This document shows positions 10,514 to 20,258 of a DNA stretch of 64,000 bases, in pieces (the first letter of the stretch is position 1; each line of letters opens with the position of its first letter). The translations under genes and the position numbers were made by a program. Under the pieces are notes generated by a model. That model was not told the origin of the DNA, made no database searches, and saw only the letters and a program-made list of their open reading frames with translations. This DNA comes from Candidatus Weimeria bifida (GTDB lineage: Bacteria; Bacillota; Clostridia; Lachnospirales; Lachnospiraceae): contig VOGC01000009.1 of NCBI GenBank assembly GCA_009493715.1, positions 57,010 to 121,009 on the forward strand, in the 5' to 3' direction.

Positions 10514-10987
10514 ATGAAGGTAAACACAAGACTATTTGGAGAGATAGATATCGCCGATGACAAGATTATAGAGTTCCCGGGAGGAATCATCGGTTTTCCG
10601 GACATGCAGAAATTTACCCTGATCTATGATCTGGATGGCAAAGGATCGAAGGAGGACCAGACGGCGCTGATGTATCTTCAGTCTATGGACGAGCCGCAGT
10701 TTGCCATGCCTGTAGTAATGCCGGTGGATATTTTTCCGGACTACAATCCGGTGATAGACGACGATCTGCTGACGGACATCGGAAAGCTGACACCTTTGAA
10801 CACGTACTGCCTGGTGACGATCAGCGTTCCATCTGATATAAAGAAAATGACGGTGAACCTTAAAGCTCCTTTTATCATCAACACTGATACCTTGAAAGGC
10901 GCACAGGTCATGGTGGAGGACGACGTCGCAGTCAAGACTCCGGTATATGATATCCTTGCAGCCCGCAAGAGCGGAAAGGAGGCCTGA
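10514..10987 (+). CDS. fliW: Flagellar assembly factor FliW (CsrA antagonist)
   Basis: TRLFGEI, FPGGIIGFP and TVNLKAPFIIN motifs; directly upstream of csrA. Confidence 0.9.
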   Translation: MKVNTRLFGEIDIADDKIIEFPGGIIGFPDMQKFTLIYDLDGKGSKEDQTALMYLQSMDEPQFAMPVVMPVDIFPDYNPVIDDDLLTDIGKLTPLNTYCLVTISVPSDIKKMTVNLKAPFIINTDTLKGAQVMVEDDVAVKTPVYDILAARKSGKEA

Positions 10988-10989
10988 AT

Positions 10990-11205
10990 ATGCTGGCTCT
11001 TACCAGAAAAAAAGATGAATCGATCATTATCAATGGAAACATTGTTGTCACAGTCATGGAAGTCAAGGGGGATCATGTGAAACTCGGCATCCAGGCTCCG
11101 AAGAATGTTTCAATTTACCGTAAGGAGATATACGAGCAGATCCAGAAGGAGAATGAAGAGGCAATGAACACAAAGAACGTTCAGAACCTGAAGGATCTTC
11201 TGTGA
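10990..11205 (+). CDS. csrA: Carbon storage regulator CsrA
   Basis: MLALTRKKDESIII...VKLGIQAPKNVSIYRKE. Confidence 0.96.
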   Translation: MLALTRKKDESIIINGNIVVTVMEVKGDHVKLGIQAPKNVSIYRKEIYEQIQKENEEAMNTKNVQNLKDLL

Positions 11206-11285
11206 TTTTTTATATATGTTATTCGCCCGAACTCCTGTGAACGACAAAAAATGCAAAAAAAATGCAATCCATATAATGACATGGG

Positions 11286-11313
11286 TTGTATTTTTTTTTA
11301 CAATTGCCGATAT
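11286..11313 (+). promoter_or_regulatory. Possible sigma-D promoter for flaG-fliD-fliS (good -10, poor -35)
   Basis: GCCGATAT at 11306-11313; spacer contains a T9 run; no TAAA at the -35 position. Confidence 0.4.
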
Positions 11314-11368
11314 TAGAACTGAAATACAGGTGTAGTTTATACATTGCCAATACACGGAGGTGGCAGTT

Positions 11369-11833
11369 ATGGACATATCAGTGAAGTCAGGATACTCACA
11401 GCAGGGAAGCTATACAGTGAGTAATTCCTCACAGACAGAAGGCGATTCTCCAGATACGAAGGTATTGGGAAGCGGGAAAACTCAGGACATAGATCCGGTT
11501 AATGCAGAGTCTGCCGACGTGAATGAATCGAAGATCTCATCACAGCAGCAGACAGCAGATCAGGTGGCTGATATTATCTCTGAGAAGAAGGATAAAGAGA
11601 AGCTTGAGAAGAAGCAGAGAGAGCAGATAAAGCAGGCTGTATCTGCTATTAACAAGTACGCGCATGGCACAGAAGCTGTTTTTGGCATTCACGAAAAGAC
11701 AAATCGTGTCACTATAAAGATCGTCGATTGCGATACGAGGAAAGTGATTAAGGAGTTTCCGCCAGAGAAGACGCTCGATATGATAGCGAAGGTTTGGGAG
11801 CTTGCAGGAATTTTAGTTGACGAGAAGAAGTAA
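11369..11833 (+). CDS. flaG: Flagellar protein FlaG
   Basis: C-terminal FGIHEKTNRVTIKIVD...VIKEFPPEKTLD; RBS GGAGG at 11356. Confidence 0.9.
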   Translation: MDISVKSGYSQQGSYTVSNSSQTEGDSPDTKVLGSGKTQDIDPVNAESADVNESKISSQQQTADQVADIISEKKDKEKLEKKQREQIKQAVSAINKYAHGTEAVFGIHEKTNRVTIKIVDCDTRKVIKEFPPEKTLDMIAKVWELAGILVDEKK

Positions 11834-11853
11834 TTTACAAAGGAGAAAAGGCT

Positions 11854-13413
11854 ATGTCATCACCTATCAGAATGAGTGGTATGGTATCAGGACTCGATAC
11901 AGAGTCGATCGTCACAGCCCTGACGAGCAACTACCAGACCAAAGTTGATAATTATAAAAAGGCACAGACCAAGCTTTCCTGGAAGCAGGATGCCTGGAAG
12001 GAAGTAAACACCAAGATTAACGACTTCTACAACAGCCTCGACAAATACAGATATTCTTCAGCCTGGAACCTGCAGAAGGTCACAGCATCTGACTCAACGA
12101 AGGCTGCGGTCTCAGCAGGTGGTTCAGCGTTCAACGGGACACAGACACTCAGCATAAATGCACTTGCGTCCGGAGCATCACTCGTTGGCGGTGAAGTTTC
12201 AAGTATTAAGGGTACGGATAACACTTCGACTGCTGTCACAGGAAGCACCAAGCTCACGGCTTTAGGCGGAACTGAAGGCCAGAATATTACTTTAACACAA
12301 GGCTCTGGCGATAATGCGAAAACTACAGCAACGCTCGAGATCGGTGCAGATACGACTGTAAATGATCTGGTCAATACACTGAAGCAGGCAGGGCTGAATG
12401 CCTCTTTTGATGAGACTCAGCACAGGTTCTATATCAGCTCACAGAAGTCAGGAAAGGATCAGAGCTTTAAGCTGGCTTTAACTGATAGTACCGGAGCAGA
12501 AGTTACTTCAAGTGGTAACGTTTTGGATAAGCTTGGCGTTTCTGCCAGCACAGCTGCCAAACGTTCAGATGGCTCAGATGCTGAGATTGTACTGGACGGA
12601 GTCAAATATACAAACTCCTCGAACAACTTCTCCATCAACGGTCTGAACATCCAGGCGCTCGCAAAGACAGACAGTGATATCACGATCAATACCCAGACAG
12701 ATACTCAGGGCATCTACGATAAGGTGAAGGAGTTTATCTCGTCATACAACGACCTGATAAATGACCTGACCGACAGATACAATGCCGCAAGCTCAGGCAG
12801 CTATGAGCCACTCACAGATGATGAGAAGTCACAGATGTCTGATAAGCAGGTCGAGAAGTGGGAGACGAAGATCAAGACCGGACTCCTGAGACGTGACCAG
12901 ACACTTGATTCTCTGATGACTACTCTGACCAATGGCATGATGGATGTCTATACTGAGGGTGCGGATGCCAATGGAAATGGCGGAACGAAGGTAAGTCTTG
13001 CCACATTCGGTATCATGACGAAGGGTATCCTTCAGTCGGCTACAAACAGACAGAACGAGTACCATATCGATGGCGACGAGGACGATTCATCAGTTTCATC
13101 GAAGACAGACAAGCTTATGACAGCTATCACGAAGGATCCCGATTCAGTGGTTGATTTCATGAAGGATCTGACTACGAAGCTTTCGTCTTCACTGAAGAAG
13201 CAGATGACATCTACATCACTGCGCTCAGTATTTACGGTTTACAACGACAAAGAGATGGCAAGCGAGTACTCGAGCTACACGACTCAGATAAAAGAGTGGA
13301 CTACGAGACTCAACGACATGCAGGACAGCTACTACAAGAAGTTTGCGAAGATGGAGTCTATGCTGCAGGAGCTTCAGAGCAACACAAGTTCTATTTCAGG
13401 AATGATTTCATAA
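11854..13413 (+). CDS. fliD: Flagellar filament cap protein FliD
   Basis: IRMSGMVSGLDTESIV N-terminus; C-terminal YYKKFAKMESMLQELQS. Confidence 0.95.
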   Translation: MSSPIRMSGMVSGLDTESIVTALTSNYQTKVDNYKKAQTKLSWKQDAWKEVNTKINDFYNSLDKYRYSSAWNLQKVTASDSTKAAVSAGGSAFNGTQTLSINALASGASLVGGEVSSIKGTDNTSTAVTGSTKLTALGGTEGQNITLTQGSGDNAKTTATLEIGADTTVNDLVNTLKQAGLNASFDETQHRFYISSQKSGKDQSFKLALTDSTGAEVTSSGNVLDKLGVSASTAAKRSDGSDAEIVLDGVKYTNSSNNFSINGLNIQALAKTDSDITINTQTDTQGIYDKVKEFISSYNDLINDLTDRYNAASSGSYEPLTDDEKSQMSDKQVEKWETKIKTGLLRRDQTLDSLMTTLTNGMMDVYTEGADANGNGGTKVSLATFGIMTKGILQSATNRQNEYHIDGDEDDSSVSSKTDKLMTAITKDPDSVVDFMKDLTTKLSSSLKKQMTSTSLRSVFTVYNDKEMASEYSSYTTQIKEWTTRLNDMQDSYYKKFAKMESMLQELQSNTSSISGMIS

Positions 13414-13433
13414 CAGCTTTTTTCTGAGAGCAA

Positions 13434-13457
13434 AGAGCCGCAGAAATTGCGGCTTCT
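13434..13457 (+). terminator. Hairpin after fliD
   Basis: agagccgca-gaaat-tgcggcttct followed by an A/T-rich tract. Confidence 0.45.
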
Positions 13458-13487
13458 AAATTTTTTTCATAGAAAAGGGAAAATAAA

Positions 13488-13898
13488 ATGCGTAGAAATC
13501 CTTACGAAGTTTACAGAAGAAGTCAGGTAGAGACAGCCTCACAGGCAGAGCTCGTTCTGATGCTCTATGACGGAGCTCTCAAGTTCGTAAATATTGCTCA
13601 CGATGCTATTGAGAAGGGTGAGATTGAAAAGGCGAATACGAATATCAAGAAAGCAGACGACATCATCGTAGAGCTTTTAAGCACTTTAAACCACAAGTAC
13701 GCAGTCGCCGAGGACTTTAAGAATGTCTACGATTATATCAGGGACAGACTTCTCTGGGCGAATATGAAGAAGGACAATGACATCCTTAAGGAAGCTCATG
13801 ACAATATCGAGATCATGAGAGATACCTGGAAAGAGGTCATGAGAAAGACTAACAACGGACAGAATTTAAACGTAGGAGAGCCTGCGGCAACGGAGTGA
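13488..13898 (+). CDS. fliS: Flagellin chaperone FliS
   Basis: VETASQAELVLMLYDGALKF and MRDTWKEVM. Confidence 0.95.
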   Translation: MRRNPYEVYRRSQVETASQAELVLMLYDGALKFVNIAHDAIEKGEIEKANTNIKKADDIIVELLSTLNHKYAVAEDFKNVYDYIRDRLLWANMKKDNDILKEAHDNIEIMRDTWKEVMRKTNNGQNLNVGEPAATE

Positions 13899-13904
13899 TG
13901 TTTT

Positions 13905-14378
13905 ATGGAAGATGAAGCTTACGTCAAAGTGCTGCGTGAGTCTTTGGAAAAAAAGGTGGAGCTTCTGAAGCTGATCTCTCATGAGAACGAGATTCAGAAA
14001 ACTGTCTTGAATGATCAGACGTCGACGCCTGACGAGCTTCAGGAAACCATGGATCACAAGGACGAATGGGTCAATCAGATCTCCACTTTAGATGACGGCT
14101 TTGCTGTGATTTTTGAGAAGGTTAAGCCGCTGCTCACAAAGCAGAGAGACAAATACAGAGATGATATTGCTGCGATGAAGGATCTTGTCAGGGAGATTAC
14201 GGACCTGACTGAGAAAGTCAAGAAGCAGGAGAGCGAGAATTACACTTTAGTAGAGCAGAAATTCGCGGGTATCCGGCAGCAGGTGAAAAAGATCCGGAAG
14301 AGCCAGTCGGCAGTATCAAACTACTACAAGACTATGAACGGCGAGTACAATTCGCAGTTTCTCGACAAGTCCAAATAA
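13905..14378 (+). CDS. FliT/FlgN-like flagellar chaperone
   Basis: Coiled-coil-like 157-aa protein directly after fliS; assigned by position, family not proven. Confidence 0.6.
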   Translation: MEDEAYVKVLRESLEKKVELLKLISHENEIQKTVLNDQTSTPDELQETMDHKDEWVNQISTLDDGFAVIFEKVKPLLTKQRDKYRDDIAAMKDLVREITDLTEKVKKQESENYTLVEQKFAGIRQQVKKIRKSQSAVSNYYKTMNGEYNSQFLDKSK

Positions 14379-14412
14379 AAAAAACGGTCATGCATTGCAT
14401 GACCGCTTTTTT
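14377..14412. terminator. Bidirectional terminator
   Basis: aaaaaaacggtcatgca-t-tgcatgaccgctttttt between convergent genes. Confidence 0.75.
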
Positions 14413-14423
14413 AATATTAATAT

Positions 14424-15542
14424 TCAGATGATAGATTGAATCGAGAGGTCCGGTTCTTTCAACAGGTCTATGATCTCGCCGTCGTCGAACTGTACGATCG
14501 GCCTGCTCTGTGTGTTGTTGTGATGGTGGATGTAGACGACTTTGCAGCGGCGGCCATCATTTAAAATAACTCTGGCATTCTGGTAGGCACCTGCAAGCCT
14601 TCTGAGAAAAGTCATAACGACTTTCGGAGAGTACTTCTGAAGACCGTCATTCTCAAAGGCAGCTATGACCTGGAACGCGCAGAGCGGAGCCCTGTAGACT
14701 CTGGCTGTAGTCATCGCGTCATAGACGTCGGCAACGGCTATGATCGAGGCGATAGGATCTATCTCATCACCTGAGAGACCTCTCGGGTAGCCCGAGCCAT
14801 CGTTTCTCTCGTGATGCTGGAGAGCTGAGGTCAGTATTCTGCTGTCGATATTCGGAATCTTCGAGAGGAGTTTCTTGCCAAGCATAGGGTGCTGCTTCAT
14901 AAGGGCGAACTCCTCGTCTGTGAGCTTACCGTTCTTATTCAGCACCTCATCCGGGATCTGGAGTTTCCCGATGTCGTGAAAATATCCGGCGAGGGTTATA
15001 GTACTCAGAGTATCAGCGTCCAGATTCATCCACCTGCCGATGCCTCTCGCGATGAGGGCCACATTCAGTGAATGAACGTAGACAGCGTCGTCGAGCGAAT
15101 CCATCGTATGGAGGATGTCGAATAAGTCTAATGTAGTCTTCTGAGCGAAGAGCGCTGATACGTTGCGCAGGACAGTCTTGAAATCCACTTCAGGCTTTTC
15201 TGACCTGATAATGCGTGAGAAAAGTCCCCGCATCAGAGCTATGTTCTTCGAATAATCGATCTGAAATGACTGGTAGACCGGGGTGCTCTTAATCTTCTGT
15301 GAGTAAGGTATGGTCTCTTTCGCTTTGACAGGAGCAGGCTCCGGTTTCTCTTCTGGTGCTTCCTCCGGGGCGGCCTCAGATTTGATCTTTACGCTTGCAA
15401 TAGAATAAAACGTAAATTTTGAAATAAGGCTCTTGTCTAAGACTTCGCCGGCTTTCGCTATGCGCTGCCCATGGAGCGTAACGACATCCTTGGCTAAAAC
15501 CATGCCTGGTCTCAATTCACTTGGCTTGTAGTTTATATCCAT
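14424..15542 (-). CDS. HD-GYP domain cyclic-dinucleotide phosphodiesterase
   Basis: HSLNVA, HDIGK, HHERNDGSGYP and AVADVYDAMT motifs. Confidence 0.93.
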   Translation of the reverse strand: MDINYKPSELRPGMVLAKDVVTLHGQRIAKAGEVLDKSLISKFTFYSIASVKIKSEAAPEEAPEEKPEPAPVKAKETIPYSQKIKSTPVYQSFQIDYSKNIALMRGLFSRIIRSEKPEVDFKTVLRNVSALFAQKTTLDLFDILHTMDSLDDAVYVHSLNVALIARGIGRWMNLDADTLSTITLAGYFHDIGKLQIPDEVLNKNGKLTDEEFALMKQHPMLGKKLLSKIPNIDSRILTSALQHHERNDGSGYPRGLSGDEIDPIASIIAVADVYDAMTTARVYRAPLCAFQVIAAFENDGLQKYSPKVVMTFLRRLAGAYQNARVILNDGRRCKVVYIHHHNNTQSRPIVQFDDGEIIDLLKEPDLSIQSII

Positions 15543-15657
15543 TGGGATCCCCCTTTAAATCAACAACTTCCTTCTACATTATAAATTTTTTATATAGCTT
15601 ACGCAATACATTTTTTTATTTATGTATAAAACAGTAGTCGAATTGGCAGGGTTGTAC

Positions 15658-15685
15658 TTGACAGAATCAAAAACTCTGCTAGAAT
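15658..15685 (+). promoter_or_regulatory. Sigma-A promoter of the SAM riboswitch/metK
   Basis: TTGACA-N16-TAGAAT with an extended -10 TG. Confidence 0.7.
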
Positions 15686-15722
15686 TTGACATGTCTTAAA
15701 AATAGTAACTAAATAAAGATTC

Positions 15723-15876
15723 TCTTATTCAGAATGGTGGAGGCACATAGGGCCTGTGAAGCCATGGCAACCCCGTAAAGCCGGCAGGTGCCTTCCTGAG
15801 CGAGACGCATAAGCGTGATTCGAACAATAAGGGGATTTGAACCTATTCAAATCCGCCTTCGGGCGGAATTTTTTTT
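15723..15876 (+). ncRNA. SAM-I (S-box) riboswitch with intrinsic terminator
   Basis: P1 CTTATT...AATAAG, conserved AGAATGGTGGAGG, GGCC..TGAAGCC, GGCAACC and GGTGCC; terminator tccgcc-ttcg-ggcgga plus T tract; upstream of metK. Confidence 0.93.
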
Positions 15877-15891
15877 CCCAAGGAGGAAACC

Positions 15892-17073
15892 ATGGAGAAG
15901 CGTTTATTCACTTCAGAATCAGTTACCGAAGGACATCCTGACAAAGTCTGCGACGCAGTCAGTGATGCCATTCTTGATGCCTGCATGGAGCAGGATCCGA
16001 TGAGCCGTGTCGCATGTGAGACAGCTGCATGCACAGGTTTCATTCTTGTTACAGGTGAGATCACAACAAAGGCCAACATCGATATCCCAGCAATTGTCAG
16101 AAAAACTGTAAATGAGATCGGCTACAACGATGCAAAGACTGGTTTCGATGGAAATACCTGTGCTGTTTTCGTAGCGCTCGACAAGCAGTCACCTGATATC
16201 GCAATGGGCGTTGACAAGGCTCTCGAGGCTAAAGAGGGCGAGCTGAAGGATGACCTTGATACCGGTGCCGGCGACCAGGGTATGATGTTTGGCTACGCTA
16301 CAAATGAGACTGACGACTATATGCCGTATCCTATCTCTCTTGCTCACAAGCTCGCCAAGAGACTTACAGATGTAAGAAAAGACGGAACGTTAAAGTATCT
16401 CCGTCCGGATGGAAAGACTCAGGTTTCTGTAGAGTACGATGAGAACGGAAAGCCATTCCGTCTTGAGGCTGTTGTTCTTTCTACTCAGCACGATGAGGAT
16501 GTAACTCAGGAGCAGATCCACAAGGATATAAAGAAGTATGTCTTCGATCCTGTCCTTCCAAAGGAGCTTATTGATGACAAGACAAAGTTCTACATCAACC
16601 CGACAGGCCGTTTCGTTATCGGCGGACCTCACGGTGACGCAGGACTGACAGGCAGAAAGATCATCGTAGATACTTACGGTGGTATGGCTCGTCACGGCGG
16701 TGGTGCTTTCTCTGGTAAGGACTGCACAAAGGTTGACCGTTCAGCTGCATACGCTGCCCGCTATGTCGCAAAGAACATCGTAGCAGCAGGCCTTGCAGAC
16801 AAGGCAGAGATCCAGCTCTCTTACGCTATCGGTGTCGCACAGCCTACATCAATTAACATCGATACATTTGGAACAGGAAAGCTCTCAGATGAGAAGCTTG
16901 TTGAGATCATCCGTGACAACTTCGACCTTCGTCCGGCTGGAATCATCAAGATGCTTGACCTTCGTCGTCCTATCTACCGTCAGACCGCAGCTTACGGCCA
17001 CTTCGGCAGAAATGACTTAAACCTTCCTTGGGAAGCTTTAGATAAGGTTGACGATTTAAAGAAATATCTTTAA
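15892..17073 (+). CDS. metK: S-adenosylmethionine synthetase
   Basis: [19 protein letters not shown] and GGGAFSGKD signatures. Confidence 0.99.
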   Translation: MEKRLFTSESVTEGHPDKVCDAVSDAILDACMEQDPMSRVACETAACTGFILVTGEITTKANIDIPAIVRKTVNEIGYNDAKTGFDGNTCAVFVALDKQSPDIAMGVDKALEAKEGELKDDLDTGAGDQGMMFGYATNETDDYMPYPISLAHKLAKRLTDVRKDGTLKYLRPDGKTQVSVEYDENGKPFRLEAVVLSTQHDEDVTQEQIHKDIKKYVFDPVLPKELIDDKTKFYINPTGRFVIGGPHGDAGLTGRKIIVDTYGGMARHGGGAFSGKDCTKVDRSAAYAARYVAKNIVAAGLADKAEIQLSYAIGVAQPTSINIDTFGTGKLSDEKLVEIIRDNFDLRPAGIIKMLDLRRPIYRQTAAYGHFGRNDLNLPWEALDKVDDLKKYL

Positions 17074-17098
17074 TCATCTATATAAAAAATGACAGTGG

Positions 17099-17130
17099 TC
17101 TCTGCTGCTATCTGGCGGCAGAGATTTTTT
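17099..17130 (+). terminator. Intrinsic terminator after metK
   Basis: tctctgctgc-tatctg-gcggcagaga followed by T6. Confidence 0.75.
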
Positions 17131-17221
17131 ATTGCAAAATAACCTTATACGTATTAAAATAAAAATAGTGTGCATTGAAAAAGCGCATTCAAACAAACAA
17201 TATTTTGATGAGGTACTTTAG

Positions 17222-18253
17222 ATGAAGATCATTGTAACAGGCGGAGCCGGATTCATAGGCAGCAATTTTGTTTTTTATGAGAGAAAGAAGCATCCGGAGG
17301 ACGAGATCCTCTGTGTCGATTCCCTGACATACGCTGGAAACCTCTCGACACTCGAGCCGGTGATGAATGACGACAAGTTCAAATTTTTTAAGATCGATAT
17401 CAGAGACCGCGATAGCGTCTACAGGCTTTTCGAGGATGAGAAGCCTGATATCGTCGTAAACTTCGCGGCTGAGAGCCACGTGGACAGATCGATCGAGAAC
17501 CCTACGATCTTCCTCGAGACAAATATCATCGGCACTTCCGTACTGATGGACGCCTGCAGAAAGTATGGCATAAAGAGATACCATCAGGTAAGTACCGACG
17601 AGGTCTATGGAGACCTTCCGCTCGACAGACCGGATATGTTCTTCCACGAAGATACGCCGATCCACACCTCGAGCCCGTATTCGACTTCGAAGGCTTCGGC
17701 AGATCTTCTTGTAATGGCATACCACAGGACATACGGCCTGCCTGTTACTATAAGCAGATGCTCTAATAACTACGGCCCTTACCAGTTCCCTGAGAAGCTG
17801 ATCCCTCTTATGATCGCAAATGCCCTGGCTGACAAGCCTCTCCCGGTCTACGGTGAAGGAAAGAACGTCCGTGACTGGCTCTATGTCGAGGATCACTGCA
17901 AGGCTATCGACCTTATCATAAGAAACGCCAAAGACGGCGAGACCTACAATATCGGCGGCCACAATGAGATGAAAAATATCGAGATCGTAAAGCTTATCTG
18001 CGACTACTTGGACAAGCCGTACAGCCTTATAGAGCATGTCGAGGACAGAAAAGGTCACGACATGAGATACGCTATCGATCCGACGAAGATCCACAACGAT
18101 CTCGGCTGGCTTCCTGAGACTGCTTTTGCAGACGGAATCAAGAAGACGATCCAGTGGTACCTTGACAACAAGCCATGGTGGGAGAACATCATCTCAGGCG
18201 ACTATATGAACTACTATGAGAAGATGTACGGAAACCGAAAGGTATTAGATTAA
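17222..18253 (+). CDS. rfbB: dTDP-glucose 4,6-dehydratase
   Basis: TGGAGFIG, AAESHVDRS, VSTDEVYG, YSTSK and SNNYGPYQFPEK. Confidence 0.97.
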   Translation: MKIIVTGGAGFIGSNFVFYERKKHPEDEILCVDSLTYAGNLSTLEPVMNDDKFKFFKIDIRDRDSVYRLFEDEKPDIVVNFAAESHVDRSIENPTIFLETNIIGTSVLMDACRKYGIKRYHQVSTDEVYGDLPLDRPDMFFHEDTPIHTSSPYSTSKASADLLVMAYHRTYGLPVTISRCSNNYGPYQFPEKLIPLMIANALADKPLPVYGEGKNVRDWLYVEDHCKAIDLIIRNAKDGETYNIGGHNEMKNIEIVKLICDYLDKPYSLIEHVEDRKGHDMRYAIDPTKIHNDLGWLPETAFADGIKKTIQWYLDNKPWWENIISGDYMNYYEKMYGNRKVLD

Positions 18254-18265
18254 GAGGAACGATAC

Positions 18266-19153
18266 ATGAAGGGAATTATTCTTGCTGGCGGTTCGGGTAC
18301 AAGACTCTATCCGCTTACGATGGTTACAAGTAAACAGCTTCTGCCGGTATATGACAAGCCGATGATCTACTATCCGCTTTCTACACTGATGCTTGCCGGC
18401 ATCCGCGATATACTTATCATTTCGACTCCGGCAGACACTCCGAGGTTTGAGGAGCTTCTGGGAGACGGATCGCAGTTCGGTATAAAGCTGAGCTATAAGG
18501 TGCAGCCTTCACCGGACGGACTCGCGCAGGCATTCATCATCGGAAAGGATTTCATCGGGGATGACGCGTGTGCGATGGTCCTTGGTGACAATATCTTCTA
18601 TGGAAACGGCCTTGGAGCCCTGATGAGGGATGCAAAGAAGAACGCCGAGGAGAACGGTCAGGCAAATATCTTCGGATACTATGTAAATGACCCGGAGCGC
18701 TTCGGTGTAGTGGAGTTTGACAGGGACGGAAAGGCAGTATCGATCGAGGAGAAGCCGGAGAAGCCGAAGAGCAACTACGCTGTTACCGGACTCTATTTTT
18801 ACCCGGCAGGAGTCGCTGAGATGGCATCAAAGGTAAAGCCGTCCGCCAGGGGCGAGCTCGAGATCACGACCTTAAACGATATGTACCTTCAGGGCGGAAA
18901 CCTGATGGTAAAGCTTTTAGGCCGTGGATTCGCATGGCTTGACACAGGTACGATGGAGAGCCTCCACGAGGCGGCAGGATTTGTCCGCACCGTAGAGACA
19001 CTTCAGGGAATCATGATCTCAGCACCTGAGGAGATAAGCTACAAGAACGGCTGGATAGACGAGGCAAAGCTCCTGGAGTCGGCCGAGAAATACGGAAAGA
19101 GCCCATACGGAAAGCACTTGAAGGCTGTCGCAGAGGGCAGGTTCAGATACTAA
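18266..19153 (+). CDS. rfbA: Glucose-1-phosphate thymidylyltransferase
   Basis: [25 protein letters not shown] and AWLDTGT. Confidence 0.98.
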   Translation: MKGIILAGGSGTRLYPLTMVTSKQLLPVYDKPMIYYPLSTLMLAGIRDILIISTPADTPRFEELLGDGSQFGIKLSYKVQPSPDGLAQAFIIGKDFIGDDACAMVLGDNIFYGNGLGALMRDAKKNAEENGQANIFGYYVNDPERFGVVEFDRDGKAVSIEEKPEKPKSNYAVTGLYFYPAGVAEMASKVKPSARGELEITTLNDMYLQGGNLMVKLLGRGFAWLDTGTMESLHEAAGFVRTVETLQGIMISAPEEISYKNGWIDEAKLLESAEKYGKSPYGKHLKAVAEGRFRY

Positions 19154-19190
19154 TAGTTACAGAGGAAAGAATAGATTTCAAGGAGCAGCA

Positions 19191-19796
19191 ATGCAGATCA
19201 AAGTTGAGAAAAATGTCGGCGGTATCGAAGGCCTTGCGGTCATCACGCCGAATGTACACAGGGATGAGAGAGGATATTTCGTAGAGACATGGAACTCCCG
19301 CGAGATGAAGGAGGCCGGTCTCGATGTGAACTTCGTACAGGACAACCAGTCGATGTCCGAGAAGGGAGTTCTGCGCGGACTCCACTTCCAGAAGCACTAT
19401 CCGCAGTGCAAGCTGGTCCGTGCGGTGCGCGGCGAGGTCTTTGATGTCGCAGTCGATCTGAGAAAGGATTCGAAGACCTACGGCAAATGGTACGGAGTCG
19501 TCCTCTCAGATGAGAATATGAAGCAGTTCCTTATACCAGAGGGCTTCGCACATGGATTCCTCGTTCTCTCAGATGTAGCAGAGTTCTGCTACAAGGTAAA
19601 TGATTTCTGGCATCCGAACGACGAGGGCGGCATGGCATGGAACGACCCTGAGATCGGCATCGAGTGGCCGAAGGTAAAGGGCAGCTACAACGGGACACCT
19701 TCCGCTTCAGGCTACACCTTAGAGGACGGCACACCGCTTATCCTCTCGGACAAGGACCAGAAGTGGGCCGGTATAAAGGATACTTTCTCTTTCTAA
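19191..19796 (+). CDS. rfbC: dTDP-4-dehydrorhamnose 3,5-epimerase
   Basis: DERGYF, QDNQS, GVLRGLHFQ and PEGFAHGF. Confidence 0.96.
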   Translation: MQIKVEKNVGGIEGLAVITPNVHRDERGYFVETWNSREMKEAGLDVNFVQDNQSMSEKGVLRGLHFQKHYPQCKLVRAVRGEVFDVAVDLRKDSKTYGKWYGVVLSDENMKQFLIPEGFAHGFLVLSDVAEFCYKVNDFWHPNDEGGMAWNDPEIGIEWPKVKGSYNGTPSASGYTLEDGTPLILSDKDQKWAGIKDTFSF

Positions 19797-19885
19797 ATTT
19801 TAGTAAAATATTGTGGCACGGAGCCGGGCGGTCGTAGCCTGCCCCGTGCCATCATCTTGCAGAGATATTGGAGAATTTTTGAACA

Positions 19886-20239
19886 ATGGCGATGATTGAA
19901 TGCGAAAATTGCGGGACCATGTACGATGAGTCACTGGACCATTGTCCGGAGTGCCTGTCATCTGTCCACGAGACAAACGACGACGGCGAAGAGTGCGGGG
20001 GAATATTTGAGCCGGTCTCAGTCTGGATAAAGGACAAGGGAAGGCCTGAGCTCATCTGCCGCTGCCAGTTTTGCGGAGCCTTAAAGACAGAACCGATCGA
20101 GGAGGACGACAACCCGGTTACTATTATGTCGATCGCATCAAGGCCTCTGGCGAATCCTCCGTTCCCTGTCGAGAGGCTTCAGGAACTTACGGACCTGATG
20201 GGCGGACAGGGAGATATGAGCGGATATTACAGGAAATAA
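19886..20239 (+). CDS. RNHCP-like Cys-rich protein (divergent paralog)
   Basis: CENC, DHCPEC, CGG...EPVSVW, CRCQFC and DDNP motifs parallel the downstream RNHCP protein. Confidence 0.75.
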   Translation: MAMIECENCGTMYDESLDHCPECLSSVHETNDDGEECGGIFEPVSVWIKDKGRPELICRCQFCGALKTEPIEEDDNPVTIMSIASRPLANPPFPVERLQELTDLMGGQGDMSGYYRK

Positions 20240-20258
20240 ACTACGGGTAAAATAGAAA

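Noticed and set aside
17189-18094. Long antisense ORFs (17189-18094, 476-1201, 48846-49496, 50825-51397 and others)
   Set aside because: They shadow highly conserved sense genes, have no recognisable motifs or RBS, and are explained by codon bias.
19680-19740. Insertion GSYNGTPSASGYTLEDGTPL in RfbC
   Set aside because: Recalled as a common feature of clostridial RmlC proteins; not distinctive.
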